DNA from: Octopus bimaculoides
Lineage: Eukaryota
Assembly (NCBI RefSeq): GCF_001194135.2
Contig: NC_068985.1
Location: 95,245,145-95,307,006 of the forward strand
Direction of reading: 5' to 3'
Length of the DNA stretch: 61,862 nt
Positions 26,191-40,281 of this stretch are shown here, piece after piece. Under the pieces are notes generated by a model that worked only from the letters and a program-made list of their open reading frames with translations, had not been told where the DNA came from and did not search any database. The stretch's first letter is position 1. The number at the start of each line of letters is the position of its first letter. The translations under genes and the position numbers were made by a program.

Positions 26191-27415
26191 ATATTTCTAA
26201 CGCCACTAGCGTTTGCATAAGTTTAAGCTTCTGAAACACAAATGCATGTCGGCTTTCAGAATGCTTTTGGTGTCAGTGCTGCACTTTTGAATACTCTGTC
26301 TTTATAATTAATCATTTCCGTTTAAATTGAAGGGTGGAATTTTACCCTATAAAAAAATCTAATGAATACAATTACTATTATATTTTGTCTCTTTGCTCAA
26401 GTGAAAGATATACATCTGATATACGCTCTCTATGGAATTATATTTTTATCGTTTGTGTTGTGTACAGTGATTGTGTTTTCTCTGTGTATTCTTTCTTGTC
26501 AATATTTACTTCGATTTTCATGGCTTTGAGTATAAATGATTTTCTGTTGCTCTTTGATGATATAATTTCTTAACACTTGTGTTGTGATAGATTGTTACAC
26601 TCAGAACATGGCTATTTTAACGTTTTTACACAAGCATACAATTTGAAACAATACCTATAAGAAAGGCAGTCGCAACATGTGTGCAGATTCATTCATAAAT
26701 CTATGTGTAAATGATAAACGTTTGTGTAACGCCGAAAAAAAAAAATGAAAAAAAAAATTGAAAGAAACACGATACTTTTCCCCCTCCCTATTTCGAGAGC
26801 ACTGCGGAGTTGGAAGCGAGATGGTTCTATCTCCATTTCTTCTTCCACAAGATGCTATCACATGCAACTATCTTATTAAAATAGACTGGAATCGGATATA
26901 AATGACATAGAAGGTCAATCAGTCAGTGTGTTTATATGGCTAACCTCATTTATAATCGGCAGATGAAAAATGTCTGAAAATATTACGACAGACAGCAAAT
27001 AGATTTAATGGATGGATTTATAAATGAACGAGACCGAAAAAAAACAATGTACCAAAAGAAAAAAAAAAGACAGGAAAGTTAACATAGTCAACTACCTAAA
27101 GAGATGAGAAAATTAGAGTAAAACCAGAATTACAAATACATGAAAGCAGAAATAAGTCTAATTTTGCATTCAGTAAACGGAAGAACTCAGACTGTTATTA
27201 TTCGATAATGACCGAGATGATATACGAATGACTTTATTACATAATGTCTGGTATATTAAGGAAATATGTATAATGATATAAAAAATGTTAAATGAAGATA
27301 TATTATATATTATTTAATCTTCACTCTCTCTCTGTCTCTCTCTGGATCCGTCTCTCGTTATATATATACATATATATACATACACACACACATATACATA
27401 CATACATACATACAT

Positions 27416-27465
<50 letters not shown>

Positions 27466-28276
27466 GCATACACACACACATTGTGTTCTACGTTGGAATT
27501 GATAAACATTTAATACATACGCATACATAGGTAAGTACAAACATGTATCTATGCATATACATTTCTTCGTATTCTACAGCAGGTGATTTTACTAGAACAA
27601 TGTAGCAATCATTTGCCTGTGTTTGTGACTATTTGATGTGAATAATTATAAAGTAATTATACAATAATTATAACAGTTTCTTCATCCAGATCCATATCAA
27701 TATTTACTGAATAAGCTAATTTTCTGTGGAATTTATTTTAAAACATTGTGTCATCTACCAATGCATATCGGATAAAAAAACAAAAATAGTACCATAGCAA
27801 ATTATAACAGAGTAGATTTCATTGTGTTTCAACGAATGCTAAACGCTAACAGTAAATTTCAATCTAATAGAATAGTAACAAACTGATAATGTATTGTGTG
27901 ATACAACATACGTATCCCCATATGTCTACCTATCCAGTAATTGGTGAATAAGTTAATATTGAAGGAAATATAACATATGTCTATTTGTTCAACTTCCAGA
28001 CGTCGTGCGTGTAGGAAGTATCAAAACCTTTTAAATATACGCATGCAACACTGCAATATACATAGATAGATATGGAAAGGTTTTGTGTGTGTGTGAGTGT
28101 GCGCGTGTGTGTGCGTGTGTGTGCGTGTGTGTTGTGCGAGTGTTTGTGCATGTGTGCATTTATGTAAATATATATGCACACATAAAAAGAGTTATGAGTT
28201 TAAACATGTATATACACACATACACGCATACATACACACAGAGAGACTCGACAAACAGACACACAAGCACACAGAT

Positions 28277-28308
<32 letters not shown>

Positions 28309-30033
28309 GCACTTAGATATAGGCACACATGCTATGATTTTCAAAATATATTCAAATAAACAAAGACAATTCCATGCTGATTCACAGCGTTTACTTAGCA
28401 TTTAAACCTAGAGATTCAGGTATAAGTTTATTAATACTTCTCTTTCTCACTATATCATATTCCTACCTGGTATTAAATATTTGATGTTATGGATTGTATA
28501 TATAAGTTATGAGTGACACTGACAACATAATGACATAAAAAGTTATGTATATACCGTTGAAGAATTATATGAGATATAAGAAATTTGGATAAAAGGACAC
28601 ATTTTGGATACCGTGCTACGATATTTCGGGAAATGAATTATATGATATCAACTAACTGTTTTTGGTTCTTTTTTTGTTTCTATGCTTTAGTTTCTACTGC
28701 GTAAACAAAGTATTGTAGTATATCGTATACTTATTGATGTCTTCCCCTTTGCTAATGCAATCTCTGTCTGTAGTGAAAAATAGTTCCTGAAGTATGTTAG
28801 ATTTACTGCTTGGTGTTGGGTTGAACATTTACGACGGAACAAGACCAATGAAAACGTCGATAATTATGTCTGCTTCCCTCCAGTAAAATCATGTTTCGAT
28901 GTGATTAAACATCAAAAATCAATAGATATGACTACAATGAAGTTATAAGCAGACTTCATTCGCAGTTAACGGCTCACTCAGAATATAAATGCGCCATAAG
29001 AAATATCACACTGACTTATTTACTCTGCTCATGTAAGATTAAAATTGAGAACGCATATATATATTGTATTTTAAACATATACTAATTTGCCGACAAACTA
29101 AATATTTAGATAATCTCCTAATGTTAAATGCTATATTAATTAGTAATCTTCAGGAAATATAGGAAGGGTGTTGCAGAAGGTTTTCATACCATATTCATAG
29201 AAGTACATTTCTTTTAACCATTAAAATTCTTTATATAATTTCTTAAAGATTTAGGTTCACCATCATCGTACATGTATTCGTAAAACATAAACGTAGAGAC
29301 GCAGTCGAGTGAAGCAGATTTCATACGATTATTGTCACATTTGTTTGTTCTTTTCATACTTTACTGGCTAATGCTTTACTGCCACGATAGGAACAACCGC
29401 ATTTGGTTTAATGGTGAATGCTAGATACTGCTTATTATAGGCATGTGATTAAGTTTTCAGTCAGTAATTGTCCAAGCATTAGGTATCTGTAACCCAAACA
29501 ATATTCTATTTAAGCTGCATAAATTGAAGCACACACGACAAGTTACACACCTTTTCGTACACATAAAATATCATATATTTATTTACACTCAGACAGACAC
29601 GCGCGCACTCAAACATGTGTAGATATACATACACGCACACATGTATATTTATATGCATGTATTTATATATATACACATATATATATTTGTGTGTACGTAT
29701 AAATGGCAAACGCCAGCATGTGACTGAATCATACCTCTTCTTAAACTCAAGAAGTCGGTGCAAACATTTCAAAATCCTTTTTGAGTGAGCACATTTTTAT
29801 GCGGCACTGAAACGTCTTTTCAGCGCAATAAGCTATAAAGCCGCTGGCACCACAGTGGAGGAGACAGCGAAAACCCCACTGGGTATAACATAAAATTGCA
29901 TCCGGTTAGGGGCTCTGGTACGGTGCTTCAAGTATTTGAGGTATGTGGAACCACATATCCACCTACTCTGATTCGGAGGAATAGCACCTAGCTGCGTGTT
30001 TGGTAGAACACGAGACACTGAGAGTGGTAGAAA

Positions 30034-30072
<39 letters not shown>

Positions 30073-30910
30073 TGCATATAGAACATGATCGAAACGTTGA
30101 TAGAGCAGAAGTCTATATTACTGATATCTTTTCGAGAATACAGGATTGAGTGTGACAGCTGCTTTACCTAATTCGGTGGGATAGCGAGAACCAGGATGTC
30201 TGTAGACACATTTTTACTGATATAAAACTGAAAATGGAATGCTGTGTATTAATTAATATTTTATGAAGCTTTATCAATGTTGTTGAATAAAAGCAGGATA
30301 ATATAAACATCGTAGCTTCTTCGCTTTCGTTCCACAATCTAATATTCTTAGGGGTGAATAGGGATGTATATATTTGTATGTTATCCTATCTCCTTTTGTT
30401 TGCAGTATGGCGTCAAATGTTTTAGATATATTTTCAACAAAAGACAATGTATGTCTTTCGCATTTCGGTTTCTATGGATAATTATGTGCTTACAATGAGA
30501 AATGGTAATTTCTTTGCTACCATTGGCATAAATATAATCTTCATTTCTTTCTTTTCTGAAAGAATGAAATGCATATTTCCAATAGCATTAATTAAATAAT
30601 TAGCAATTGGCTACAATGATAAAAAGGACAAAAAAGACAAAATACATATAAATACATAGATGAAAAGATATGAAAGAAATAGTAGCATGCATTTCGTGTC
30701 ATATATTGATATTTACATTTAAAATAATTTGGAGGAAATAAAAGCATATGAAAATTAAAATTTCATTGAATGGCATTATGATGTTGAAGAAGTAGATTAT
30801 AAGAATCTAAGTTGATGTTTCAGACTACTGTCAACGCAACCATTAATATTATGGATGATTATGATGATGACGATAGGAGCACCAACGACAATAATAGGAG
30901 TAATAAATAG

Positions 30911-31240
30911 GCAAAAATCCTCTGGGACTTTGATTTCCACACAGGCAAGGTGTTAGAGCACTGAAGTCCGGATAAAGTAACATTTTGGAGGGACAAACAA
31001 GAGTGCCTAATAATCGACGTGACAGTGCCAGGAGATCAAATATCAACATGAAAGAATGGGAAAATGTTAAACAATTTGGAGTCGTGAGAACTGAGATCGG
31101 TAAGATGTGGCAACTACGAGAGTCAAACATAAATGTTGTCCTTATTGCCAGCTATAGATGTATAACAAAAGTCGGCATTACGTGGAACTTCATGCATAAG
31201 ACAAAGACTATGCTCAGAAGAACGGCCGATTGGGGATAGC
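30911..31240 (+). mobile_element. R4/Dong-like LINE, REL endonuclease fragment
   Basis: AKILWDFDFHTGKVLEH*SPDKVTFWRDKQECLIIDVTVPGD, then after a frameshift NMKEWENVKQFGVVRTEIGKMW. This is the PD-(D/E)xK REL pattern (KILWDF...RPD...CLIIDVAVPGD...KExEKxxKY..EIxRMW). Confidence 0.8.
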
Positions 31241-31389
31241 TAGGGATTTCAGCGTTGATTATCGTGGAAATAGATCTTGCGTGACATTTCACAACAGGTT
31301 GTTGTCAACTCTTACAGAATTAAACAAGGAAAGTAAAACGAGAGAAATAAATCGGAAATGATGATGATTATATTAATAATACCAATAAT

Positions 31390-32018
31390 GGCCTTAAATT
31401 TTAACACATGTTTAGCAATTTTGTCGAGAACGTAAGGCTGATTACAGTAGTAACTGCAGCACTCATCTTACAATTATTTTTTTGCCCTCAGACGGAAGAG
31501 AGCCGAGGTCAAGTTAAAATCAGAATGTGAAGAGTCTGTCGAAACCCACTTATCATTAAACCCGGCGTACTAACGCTTCTTTTCTACTCTAGGCACACGT
31601 TTCAACATTTTTTGTGGGGAGGGACCAGTCGTTTAGATCGATCCCAGTACGTAACTGGTGCTTAATTTTTCAACCCCAAAAGGAAGAAAGGCATAGTCGA
31701 CCTAACGGAATTTGAACTCAGAACGTAGCGTCAGACGAAATACCGCTAGGCATTTCGTCCGGCATGCTAACATTTCTGCTAGCTCACTGCCTTTAAAATA
31801 TTCTTTTTATACTCTAAACACAAGGATCGAAAATTTTGGGGAGAAAGCCAGTCTATTAGATCGACCGCAGTACACAACTAGTACTTAATTCATCGATATA
31901 GGAAGGATGAAAGGCATCGTCGACCTCGGCGGAATTTGAACTCAGGACCGAGCGACAGACGAAATGCAGCTAAGCATTTCGCCCGGCGCGTTAACGTTTC
32001 TGCTAGCTCACTGCCTTT
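31390..32018 (-). mobile_element. Three head-to-tail family 'B' SINE copies
   Basis: Units at ~31390-31580 (most decayed), ~31581-31795 and ~31800-32018. The latter two both end in tttctgctagctcactgccttt, the reverse complement of the head. Confidence 0.75.
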
Positions 32019-33658
32019 GAAGAATCAAATGTTGAAACCACGTAACAACTAACTCGATAGTTGCAACACAGATGGCAAGTTAAATGTTTACAGAAATTAA
32101 AAGAGAAAAAGAAAATAGGTAAAAACAAGACCATAAAATATATTAAAGATGATAACATTTAAGAGATGCTGTAGACTATATCCAGTACTATGTTGTAACA
32201 GTACATGTCTGCAGTGAAGGAATGCTGACCTATCCTAAATGTTAAGAAGCTTATAATGCATTATTCTGTAATCTAACGCAGTGGGAATAGCTATCAGGAT
32301 TAATTAATTGTCTTAATTCACTATCAAAAGATAACTAATTACGTTAATGCCATCCAAATCTTATAAACATTTAATACTATGGAATTAGGAAGTGATCCTT
32401 CTATATAAGTTAAAGGCAACTATTTTAAATGCTGACCCCAACCACTAATTCGACTACTTTATAATTTTGAATAGAAAGTAGTTACAACTTTAATTATAAT
32501 ATTTAGTACCTGAAATGGTCAAAGGGTTTTCAGAAACTATTATGAGAATGGCACAGATTCAAACACAAACATTGCACTTTAAATGACCAGGATTAAATAA
32601 ATGTGACACTAATTCATTTTTTAAACAGTTTATGAACATATCTGGCGCAATCAGTTGTCAGCCTTAGTAGTTATATACCTTGTTGTATACAGCTCGAAAG
32701 GTATTCAGCATAATGTTTTCACAGAGAGACAATCAAAAGAAAATGGAGGATTGATAATAGCAACAAACAGCATATAAAATGAGGTTTTCAATAGTAAAAT
32801 AGTACCTAAATAATGCTGGAATATGTTTAAAATGTACCACATGTTACTGACATTAAATATTTTCTAAATCTTTATTCTGTCAACAATGGCAATATATTCT
32901 GTGTATTATTTTCATTAGAAACACAAATCAAAATACGGGAGCAAATTATAGGGAAACATTAATTTATTCATAAACATAACAGGAAAAGTATTCATACAAA
33001 TTTAAATTTCTACAGGCACTCACTATAACAATAATGCATTAAAAATATATATAGGTGTATAGAGAGATAGAAAGATATTGAAATAGAGAAAAAGAAAGAA
33101 TGCGTGCGCGTGTTGAAGAGAGTGGATAGAGTAAGAGAGAAGAAACAACAAATAAAGAATTTCTTTTAATTTCAGTTATGTTTTCTTCATTTGGAGTGAA
33201 ATATGTTGGCCCACAGCAGACTGTATCACAATAAAACAACGCTAGGATAATATACGGACAAAGTACACAACAAAGCGAAAACAATGAGAATGAAAATAAT
33301 TATAAGAAAACTGGAGATGTAAAATAGATATCATATTGAATTACACATCGAAAATATGTTTGAACTATTTTTTATATAGATTCTTGAATGCAATTACCCG
33401 AGAGTATACTGTGCAATGAGGTTATATTATAAACAATGCAAACTTATCGCATTGTTTCTCAAATACAAACAATATGAACCTTATGGGTATTTTAAAAAAA
33501 TTGTATATAATAATAACAATAACATACACCACACATACAACACACAAACAATCAAGTACAAACACACATATGTATATAATGTTGGTTTAAGTAGCACATG
33601 GTTTTGCGTTCAGTCCTTGGCGTGGAAGTCATTCTTGTATATCATATACACGTGTGAG

Positions 33659-33726
<68 letters not shown>

Positions 33727-33772
33727 TGTGTGTGTGTGTGTAACTGACTTTTAATATATATATATTTATATA

Positions 33773-35129
33773 CAACATGTCTCAAAAGTAGGTTTATAGT
33801 TATCACGTAGGCACTGTAATTTTCGTTTAAAACATTTTATTACATTTAAATTTCTATTTTACAATCATATTATTTATGCACATCTTAAGCAGACAAGGTT
33901 TAATCTCTGAGATGCTGAAAATTCCCTCCTTCAACATTGCAACATTCCTCAACCTCTTCAGAACACCCTGACACACAGTGCGGCACAAATTCCGTTCTCC
34001 ATAAATTTCAGTAAATGCGTCAGAAATGTAATTTTTGAATTCATTTACTGTTTTTGATTCTTCTTCTAAACCCTGTTCTTTACAACACCCACAAAAATGA
34101 AATCCATTGGTGTCAGGTGAGGTGAACGTAGTTGCCATTCGATGCTACCCCGCCTTCCAAATCAACGCTGTGGAAAGACTTGGTTAGGGTAGTCTCTTAC
34201 TGTCAACGCATAATGTGGAGGTGCTCCATCTTGCTGAAAGAACAGTTTATCAAAGCTAGCTTTGGTTCTGAGCTGCAGTACTAACACGTTACGGAGTATT
34301 TCGAAATAGCTCTCCCCATTTACATTTCTATCAGAGAAAACGGGTCCGATAACACCTTCGCTTGAGATTGCACCCCAAACTGTAACGCCAGGCTAGTTCA
34401 GTCAAGATTCTATGGTCAAATGGGGATTTTCATCAGCCCAGTACACACAGTTATACCTATTTACTTCACCGGATAATTTGAAGCAAGCCACATCTGGCCA
34501 TATAGTCTGGTTGCTCATTAACAATTTGGTCAAGCATCATTTCACAGAATTTCAGTCGACGATCTAGGTTGCCCTCCAAAACACTATCTACCAGTCGTGG
34601 ACGGAAAGGTTTCAATTGCAGCTTATGCATTATGAGTTGTAATAATGACCTTGGTATGGCTAAATCTAGAGAAGCACGTCGTGTGGACTTCTGTGGAATG
34701 TTCACAAGTGTCATATCCAGTAAGATTTTTTTCAGTCACAGAAGTCTTAGGGCGTCCAGATTTTGGTGCATTACTCACTGAACCTGTGGTATCAAATTTA
34801 TTTCTCATCCGATAAATTGTCTGGGGTGAAGGTGGAGGAGTGTGAAAGGCTTCTTGCTATGCTGTGATCAACTGCTCGGCATTTTCAGACTTCCAATTCT
34901 GCTTCAGTATCCACTTATTTTGCTCTTGATTAAAATTTTTTGCCATGGCTCACACTTTACAGTACCTGTAAAATAACAATTACACACTGAAAAGAGAGCT
35001 TGACAAAATCGACTAAATTAACTTAGAATAAGTGTTTCATATTTTTTTTATAATTAAGATCAAAGCTGTTAATATATGAATGCAAAAGAGATATTTCAAT
35101 AACTGTAAACTTACTTTTGGGCTACCCTG
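33773..35129 (-). mobile_element. Full-length, decayed Tc1/mariner transposon with DD41D spacing (rosa/VS-type)
   Basis: TA flanks at 33771-72 and 35130-31. ~31-bp imperfect TIRs (caacatgtctcaaaagtaggtttatagttat vs cagggtagcccaaaagtaagtttacagttat, 8 mismatches). Transposase remnants inside. Confidence 0.9.
33900..34946 (-). pseudogene. DD41D transposase pseudogene (stops and frameshifts)
   Basis: MAKNFNQEQNKWILK...RNKFDTTGSVSNAPKSGRPKT...FKLSGEVNRYNCVYWADENP...VTVWGAIS...FFQQDGAPPHY...GRRGSIEWQLRSPHLTPMDF...GNFQHLRD*. 41 residues lie between the QQD aspartate and the PMD aspartate. Confidence 0.85.
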
Positions 35130-37528
35130 TATATAAATACATGAAGATAGTTATGTGGTTACCGTGAGTTTCATCCAAGAATCTCTTAGCTTTACAGCAT
35201 TAGTTCGCACCCTAATGGCCGGTGACATATAACGACTCTTCAGAATGGAGGTCAGAAAAGACCTTGCTAACTGATGAACGCATGGAATAAAGAAAAATAG
35301 GAAAGTCAAGGTTTCATCTCCTTTAGAGCGCTATTTGTTGTCGACGAGGTCGGCTTGTGGATTCCATGTGTATAGATATGTATATCATTATACGCCGCAT
35401 ATGAAGTATATCTACGTACGGTTTGAGCATTAGAGAGTTACCACTTGTTAGAAAAATGTTATGAATATCGATAAAATAAGAGTTAATTAGCTATATGTTA
35501 ATGTAGTAATTCGCAAAATGGAAATATGTTAAATGTGAGATTCAACCAGCACGAACATGGTGGTGGTCACGCACGTGCAGTAGAAGACCATACACAAGAT
35601 AACGGTGTGGGGCAATTTTCAATCATTGTTCATAGATCGTACAATTTTTGTGAACGCAGAGTCGTTTCCGAGAAACAGTTCTTTTGCAAGAAAAGTCCTT
35701 TCTAAAAAACATTTCTCTGTAGTATCGAAACTAGATTTTCTAAAATTTGAAGTAAGGAATTCGCATTTACTCAAGGTTTACACAAATACGTTTTTTTTTT
35801 ATAGTCTCAGCTTAGATAGAGCTGCGGCCATGCTGATGAACCACCGTATATGATGTAGACGTAGTATCCGGAATGCTGATATAGTATGACAAGGGGGTTT
35901 CCTATCTCCTGTTGAAGTTCAACATAATGAATTAAAAGAACTGTACAACATAGAATTTATTATAACTTATATTTCTTAGATAGGTTTATATTAACAGTAC
36001 ATTAATAAGCAATGCCTTTAAGCAACAGACCAGATTGTGAGTACCATGTGATGTGCTTCATTTCAGTATGATTGTTTGGGTGGATACTCTGTGTTCAACA
36101 TTTGTTAGGTCAAACACATCGTTGACGTAAGTGCTAAGGCTTAAAGTAGACCACCCGTTTCAGAGCGCAGCTCATCAAATGGCAGTGTCTTAGTAAATTT
36201 TATTGCGTATGTAAGTAAATGGAGCTTTGAAATATAATGTGATAGCTCTCAGAGAGAAAGCAAATTCGATTTCGGAAAATCAATACACACTATGACCTTC
36301 ACTTGTTTGATATCGATAGTTTCTTTGATATCTGGAAGTATTTAGTTACACAAAGCTTCCGTTTAGGGAAGCCATTGAACTATGTGTTTCCCGACGATAC
36401 CCTCGAAAGCATTGAAAGTTGTCCCATCATTATTTTCCGAATCTCTAACCAATTGGAACATATTTATGAAAATACCCTTATGCGTAAACGATTAGAATGA
36501 ATCAGCTGCACGTAACATTTTCTTTTAAATTCTTCTCAGTGAATCCCGTGTATTTGATTTCATTTCGCCCTGGTGCGGCCAAAACGTTTCTAATCCCTGC
36601 ATTACATTTCAAAATATACTTGCACATCCATTAATCAATTATCTAACATAGATTTACCGGATTCACACTGTTATTTCACTACTTTCATTATCAGATCACA
36701 TAATTATGAGTGAGGGATGTTTTAGAGATGGTTTATAAATAATTATAAGGATACTAACGACAGAACACGAAATACAGACATAAACCAGCATTCCTCCTTA
36801 TTACACATCCTACAGTTATTATTCCAGACAAAATTATAGTCAAACAATCGTATTTCATTAGGATATCAGAATAATACGTTTGCTGTACATGCGATAAAAC
36901 TTACGAAAACATGTGAAGAAATACCGGAACTCAATAAACCATATTCTACATAATCAACATTCATCAATATATAGTAACTCCAGAACTACACAAGTAATAT
37001 CCAATGGAAACAACGCAAAATATATCATTGCATAATTCATGGCAGATATAATAATAACTCACATAATATAACCAGAAGGAAAACCTTGAATGCGAACATC
37101 ACACAGCTATATAGGCCTTAGTCTCAGCAAAAGACAAATATCTAATGTAACACCGGAATCAATATTATAACATGTACCTTGAAGGCAAATATAGGACAAA
37201 GAGAATTTTTTATTTGTCTGAAGTACAAACCGGCTCACTCCACACAGACATGTTGGTGCACATGGTAGTGTAGTAGAAGATCAAAGACAACCATTGAAAA
37301 GAAGGTAATGGTGATTTATATATTACTAAACAATACATGGCAAGGTGTTTTCTTTTCTCACAAACTGATATTATAATGAAGGGCAACCGAATCTTATTAA
37401 GAGTTTTGCAATAGAAATAATGAAAATAACAATGATTTCAATATAATAATAGTGATAAATACATTGAATAATGTATAGGAAATATGACTGAATATATAAC
37501 CAGTCTGTCTGATACATATATATATGTG

Positions 37529-37568
<40 letters not shown>

Positions 37569-39000
37569 NNNNNNNNNNNNNNNNNNNNNNNNNNNNNNNN
37601 NNNNNNNNNNNNNNNNNNNNNNNNNNNNNNNNNNNNNNNNNNNNNNNNNNNNNNNNNNNNNNNNNNNNNNNNNNNNNNNNNNNNNNNNNNNNNNNNNNNN
37701 NNNNNNNNNNNNNNNNNNNNNNNNNNNNNNNNNNNNNNNNNNNNNNNNNNNNNNNNNNNNNNNNNNNNNNNNNNNNNNNNNNNNNNNNNNNNNNNNNNNN
37801 NNNNNNNNNNNNNNNNNNNNNNNNNNNNNNNNNNNNNNNNNNNNNNNNNNNNNNNNNNNNNNNNNNNNNNNNNNNNNNNNNNNNNNNNNNNNNNNNNNNN
37901 NNNNNNNNNNNNNNNNNNNNNNNNNNNNNNNNNNNNNNNNNNNNNNNNNNNNNNNNNNNNNNNNNNNNNNNNNNNNNNNNNNNNNNNNNNNNNNNNNNNN
38001 NNNNNNNNNNNNNNNNNNNNNNNNNNNNNNNNNNNNNNNNNNNNNNNNNNNNNNNNNNNNNNNNNNNNNNNNNNNNNNNNNNNNNNNNNNNNNNNNNNNN
38101 NNNNNNNNNNNNNNNNNNNNNNNNNNNNNNNNNNNNNNNNNNNNNNNNNNNNNNNNNNNNNNNNNNNNNNNNNNNNNNNNNNNNNNNNNNNNNNNNNNNN
38201 NNNNNNNNNNNNNNNNNNNNNNNNNNNNNNNNNNNNNNNNNNNNNNNNNNNNNNNNNNNNNNNNNNNNNNNNNNNNNNNNNNNNNNNNNNNNNNNNNNNN
38301 NNNNNNNNNNNNNNNNNNNNNNNNNNNNNNNNNNNNNNNNNNNNNNNNNNNNNNNNNNNNNNNNNNNNNNNNNNNNNNNNNNNNNNNNNNNNNNNNNNNN
38401 NNNNNNNNNNNNNNNNNNNNNNNNNNNNNNNNNNNNATATTCATATATATATACATATAACATAACGGTCTCAGATCTTGTTAACACGAAGTTGTAGTTA
38501 TTTAAGAAAGAAACAAATATATAAAAAAGGTACAGGAAGTTGGTATAATAAGATTTATGCGAATATTATGATCAGAATGAAACAAAGAATTGTATTACAA
38601 GATTATATAGTAAACAGAGAGTACCGGTTTCGCGTCTTACGCTTACCAAAACCTCAAAAGACTCATATTTAAAAAAAAATTATTGAGACGCCATTTTTGA
38701 TGCGTCCCCATGATTTAATAAAAAAGTCTCTCTGTACTGAAACCGTCAAAAAACGGACACCAATGAAGTGTATGACATGCCGCAGTAAACGAGGATGAAA
38801 CACACGCGAACCTAAATCTGTAGTCGTAGTCTCACTCTGGTTTATAATCGAAACTGAATCAATGCCTAAGCGAAATACATACATACATAACACACACACA
38901 AACACATACACACAGACACACACAGGCACACACACACAGACACACATACACACTCACACTCACACACACACACACACACACACAAACACCTGTATATACT

Positions 39001-39390
39001 CTCTTTTACTCTTTTACCTCTTTCAGTCATTTGACTGTGGCCATGCTGGAGCACCGCCTTTAGTCAAGCAAATCGGCCTCAGGACTTATTCTTTGTAAGC
39101 CCAGTCTCTTTTGCTGAGCCGCTAAGTTACGGGGACGTAAACACACCATCATCGGTTATCAAGCGATGTTGGGGGTCAAACACAGACATACAAACATATA
39201 CACACACATACATATATATATACATATATACGACGGGCTTCTTTCAGTTTCAGTCTACCAAATCCACTCACAAGGCTATTTTCGGCCCGAGGCTATAGAA
39301 GAAACGCTTGCCCAAGGTTTCACGCAGTGGGACTTAACCCGGAACCATGTGGTTTCGTTAGCAAGCTACTTACCACACAGTCACTCCTAT
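39001..39390 (-). mobile_element. tRNA-derived SINE, family 'A', with internal microsatellite
   Basis: Colinear with 10222-10590 and 51341-51765. Confidence 0.85.
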
Positions 39391-39399
39391 GCCTATATG

Positions 39400-39436
<37 letters not shown>

Positions 39437-40001
39437 CTATATATCTTACATCTGTGTCAGTTTTTTTGTTCGTTGTACTGCACCGCACACTGTATGATAA
39501 GATTCACCTCTAGCTTCCAATAGTTCGATGCTTTCTCAGTAAAACTTGTAAATACATTATATTTATCTTAGCATTTGTTATATGATATTACTTAAAATCC
39601 CAGGGTTAATGAATTTACTTTCGCTTACTGAGACGAAATAAATGATGAGCATGGAAAAACCCCGTGGCTTATTTAATTGAAAAAATAGCTCGAAAGCCAC
39701 GCCCCCGGAAAGGCAACAACCAAGTGACGGAACCAAACGAAATAATACCAATAAACTATGTAAATGTGGGTGTAGATGTATATAAGCATTCACATATCTG
39801 TGTATATTTAAATATAGAACCCAACAGAGAAACAAATCGAAACACAGATAGATGATGCTATGCACATATAGATACAGAATTCACATACGGATAGTTACAG
39901 TACCTGCTTCACATACACGAATATATGTGCGGCGCGCACACACTAATACTCTCGCATATGTACTCGCACACCTATATAATACATACACACATACATGCAT
40001 A

Positions 40002-40135
40002 TATTACATAAGCATACACACAGACCTATACAGAGGAGAGGAGACAGCAAATATGGGAATTGTGAAAGAAAATACTTAAATGAAATATGACATTAACTGC
40101 TTTTGTGCGCATGCGACAATATTTTTCACTTTACC
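40002..40135 (+). repeat. Diverged ~134-bp duplication, copy 1, with invariant 29-nt core
   Basis: Ungapped alignment to 41871-42004 (offset 1869). ATGACATTAACTGCTTTTGTGCGCATGCG is identical (40087-40115 / 41956-41984). Confidence 0.85.
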
Positions 40136-40281
40136 ATCCTGCCTTAAATATTATATCTACAAATTATATTTTCACCATTATTTCGTTTCCATACGGTAGA
40201 CATTGTCAATTTATGATATTTATTGAAGAAACTATCACCGCTGGGCTTGGCAATATACCTACAAGAAATAAGTTCTATTAA

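Noticed and set aside
36246-36500. 84-codon open frame (…FDIDSFFDIWKYL…RKRLE*) as a possible terminal exon
   Set aside because: No recognisable domain, a weak acceptor and no partner exons. Needs RNA-seq or blastx support.
36730-37200. Possible Penelope RT/GIY-YIG remnant (KYRHKP…HPTVII; SYIGL)
   Set aside because: Only short, low-information matches. A profile-HMM search would be needed.
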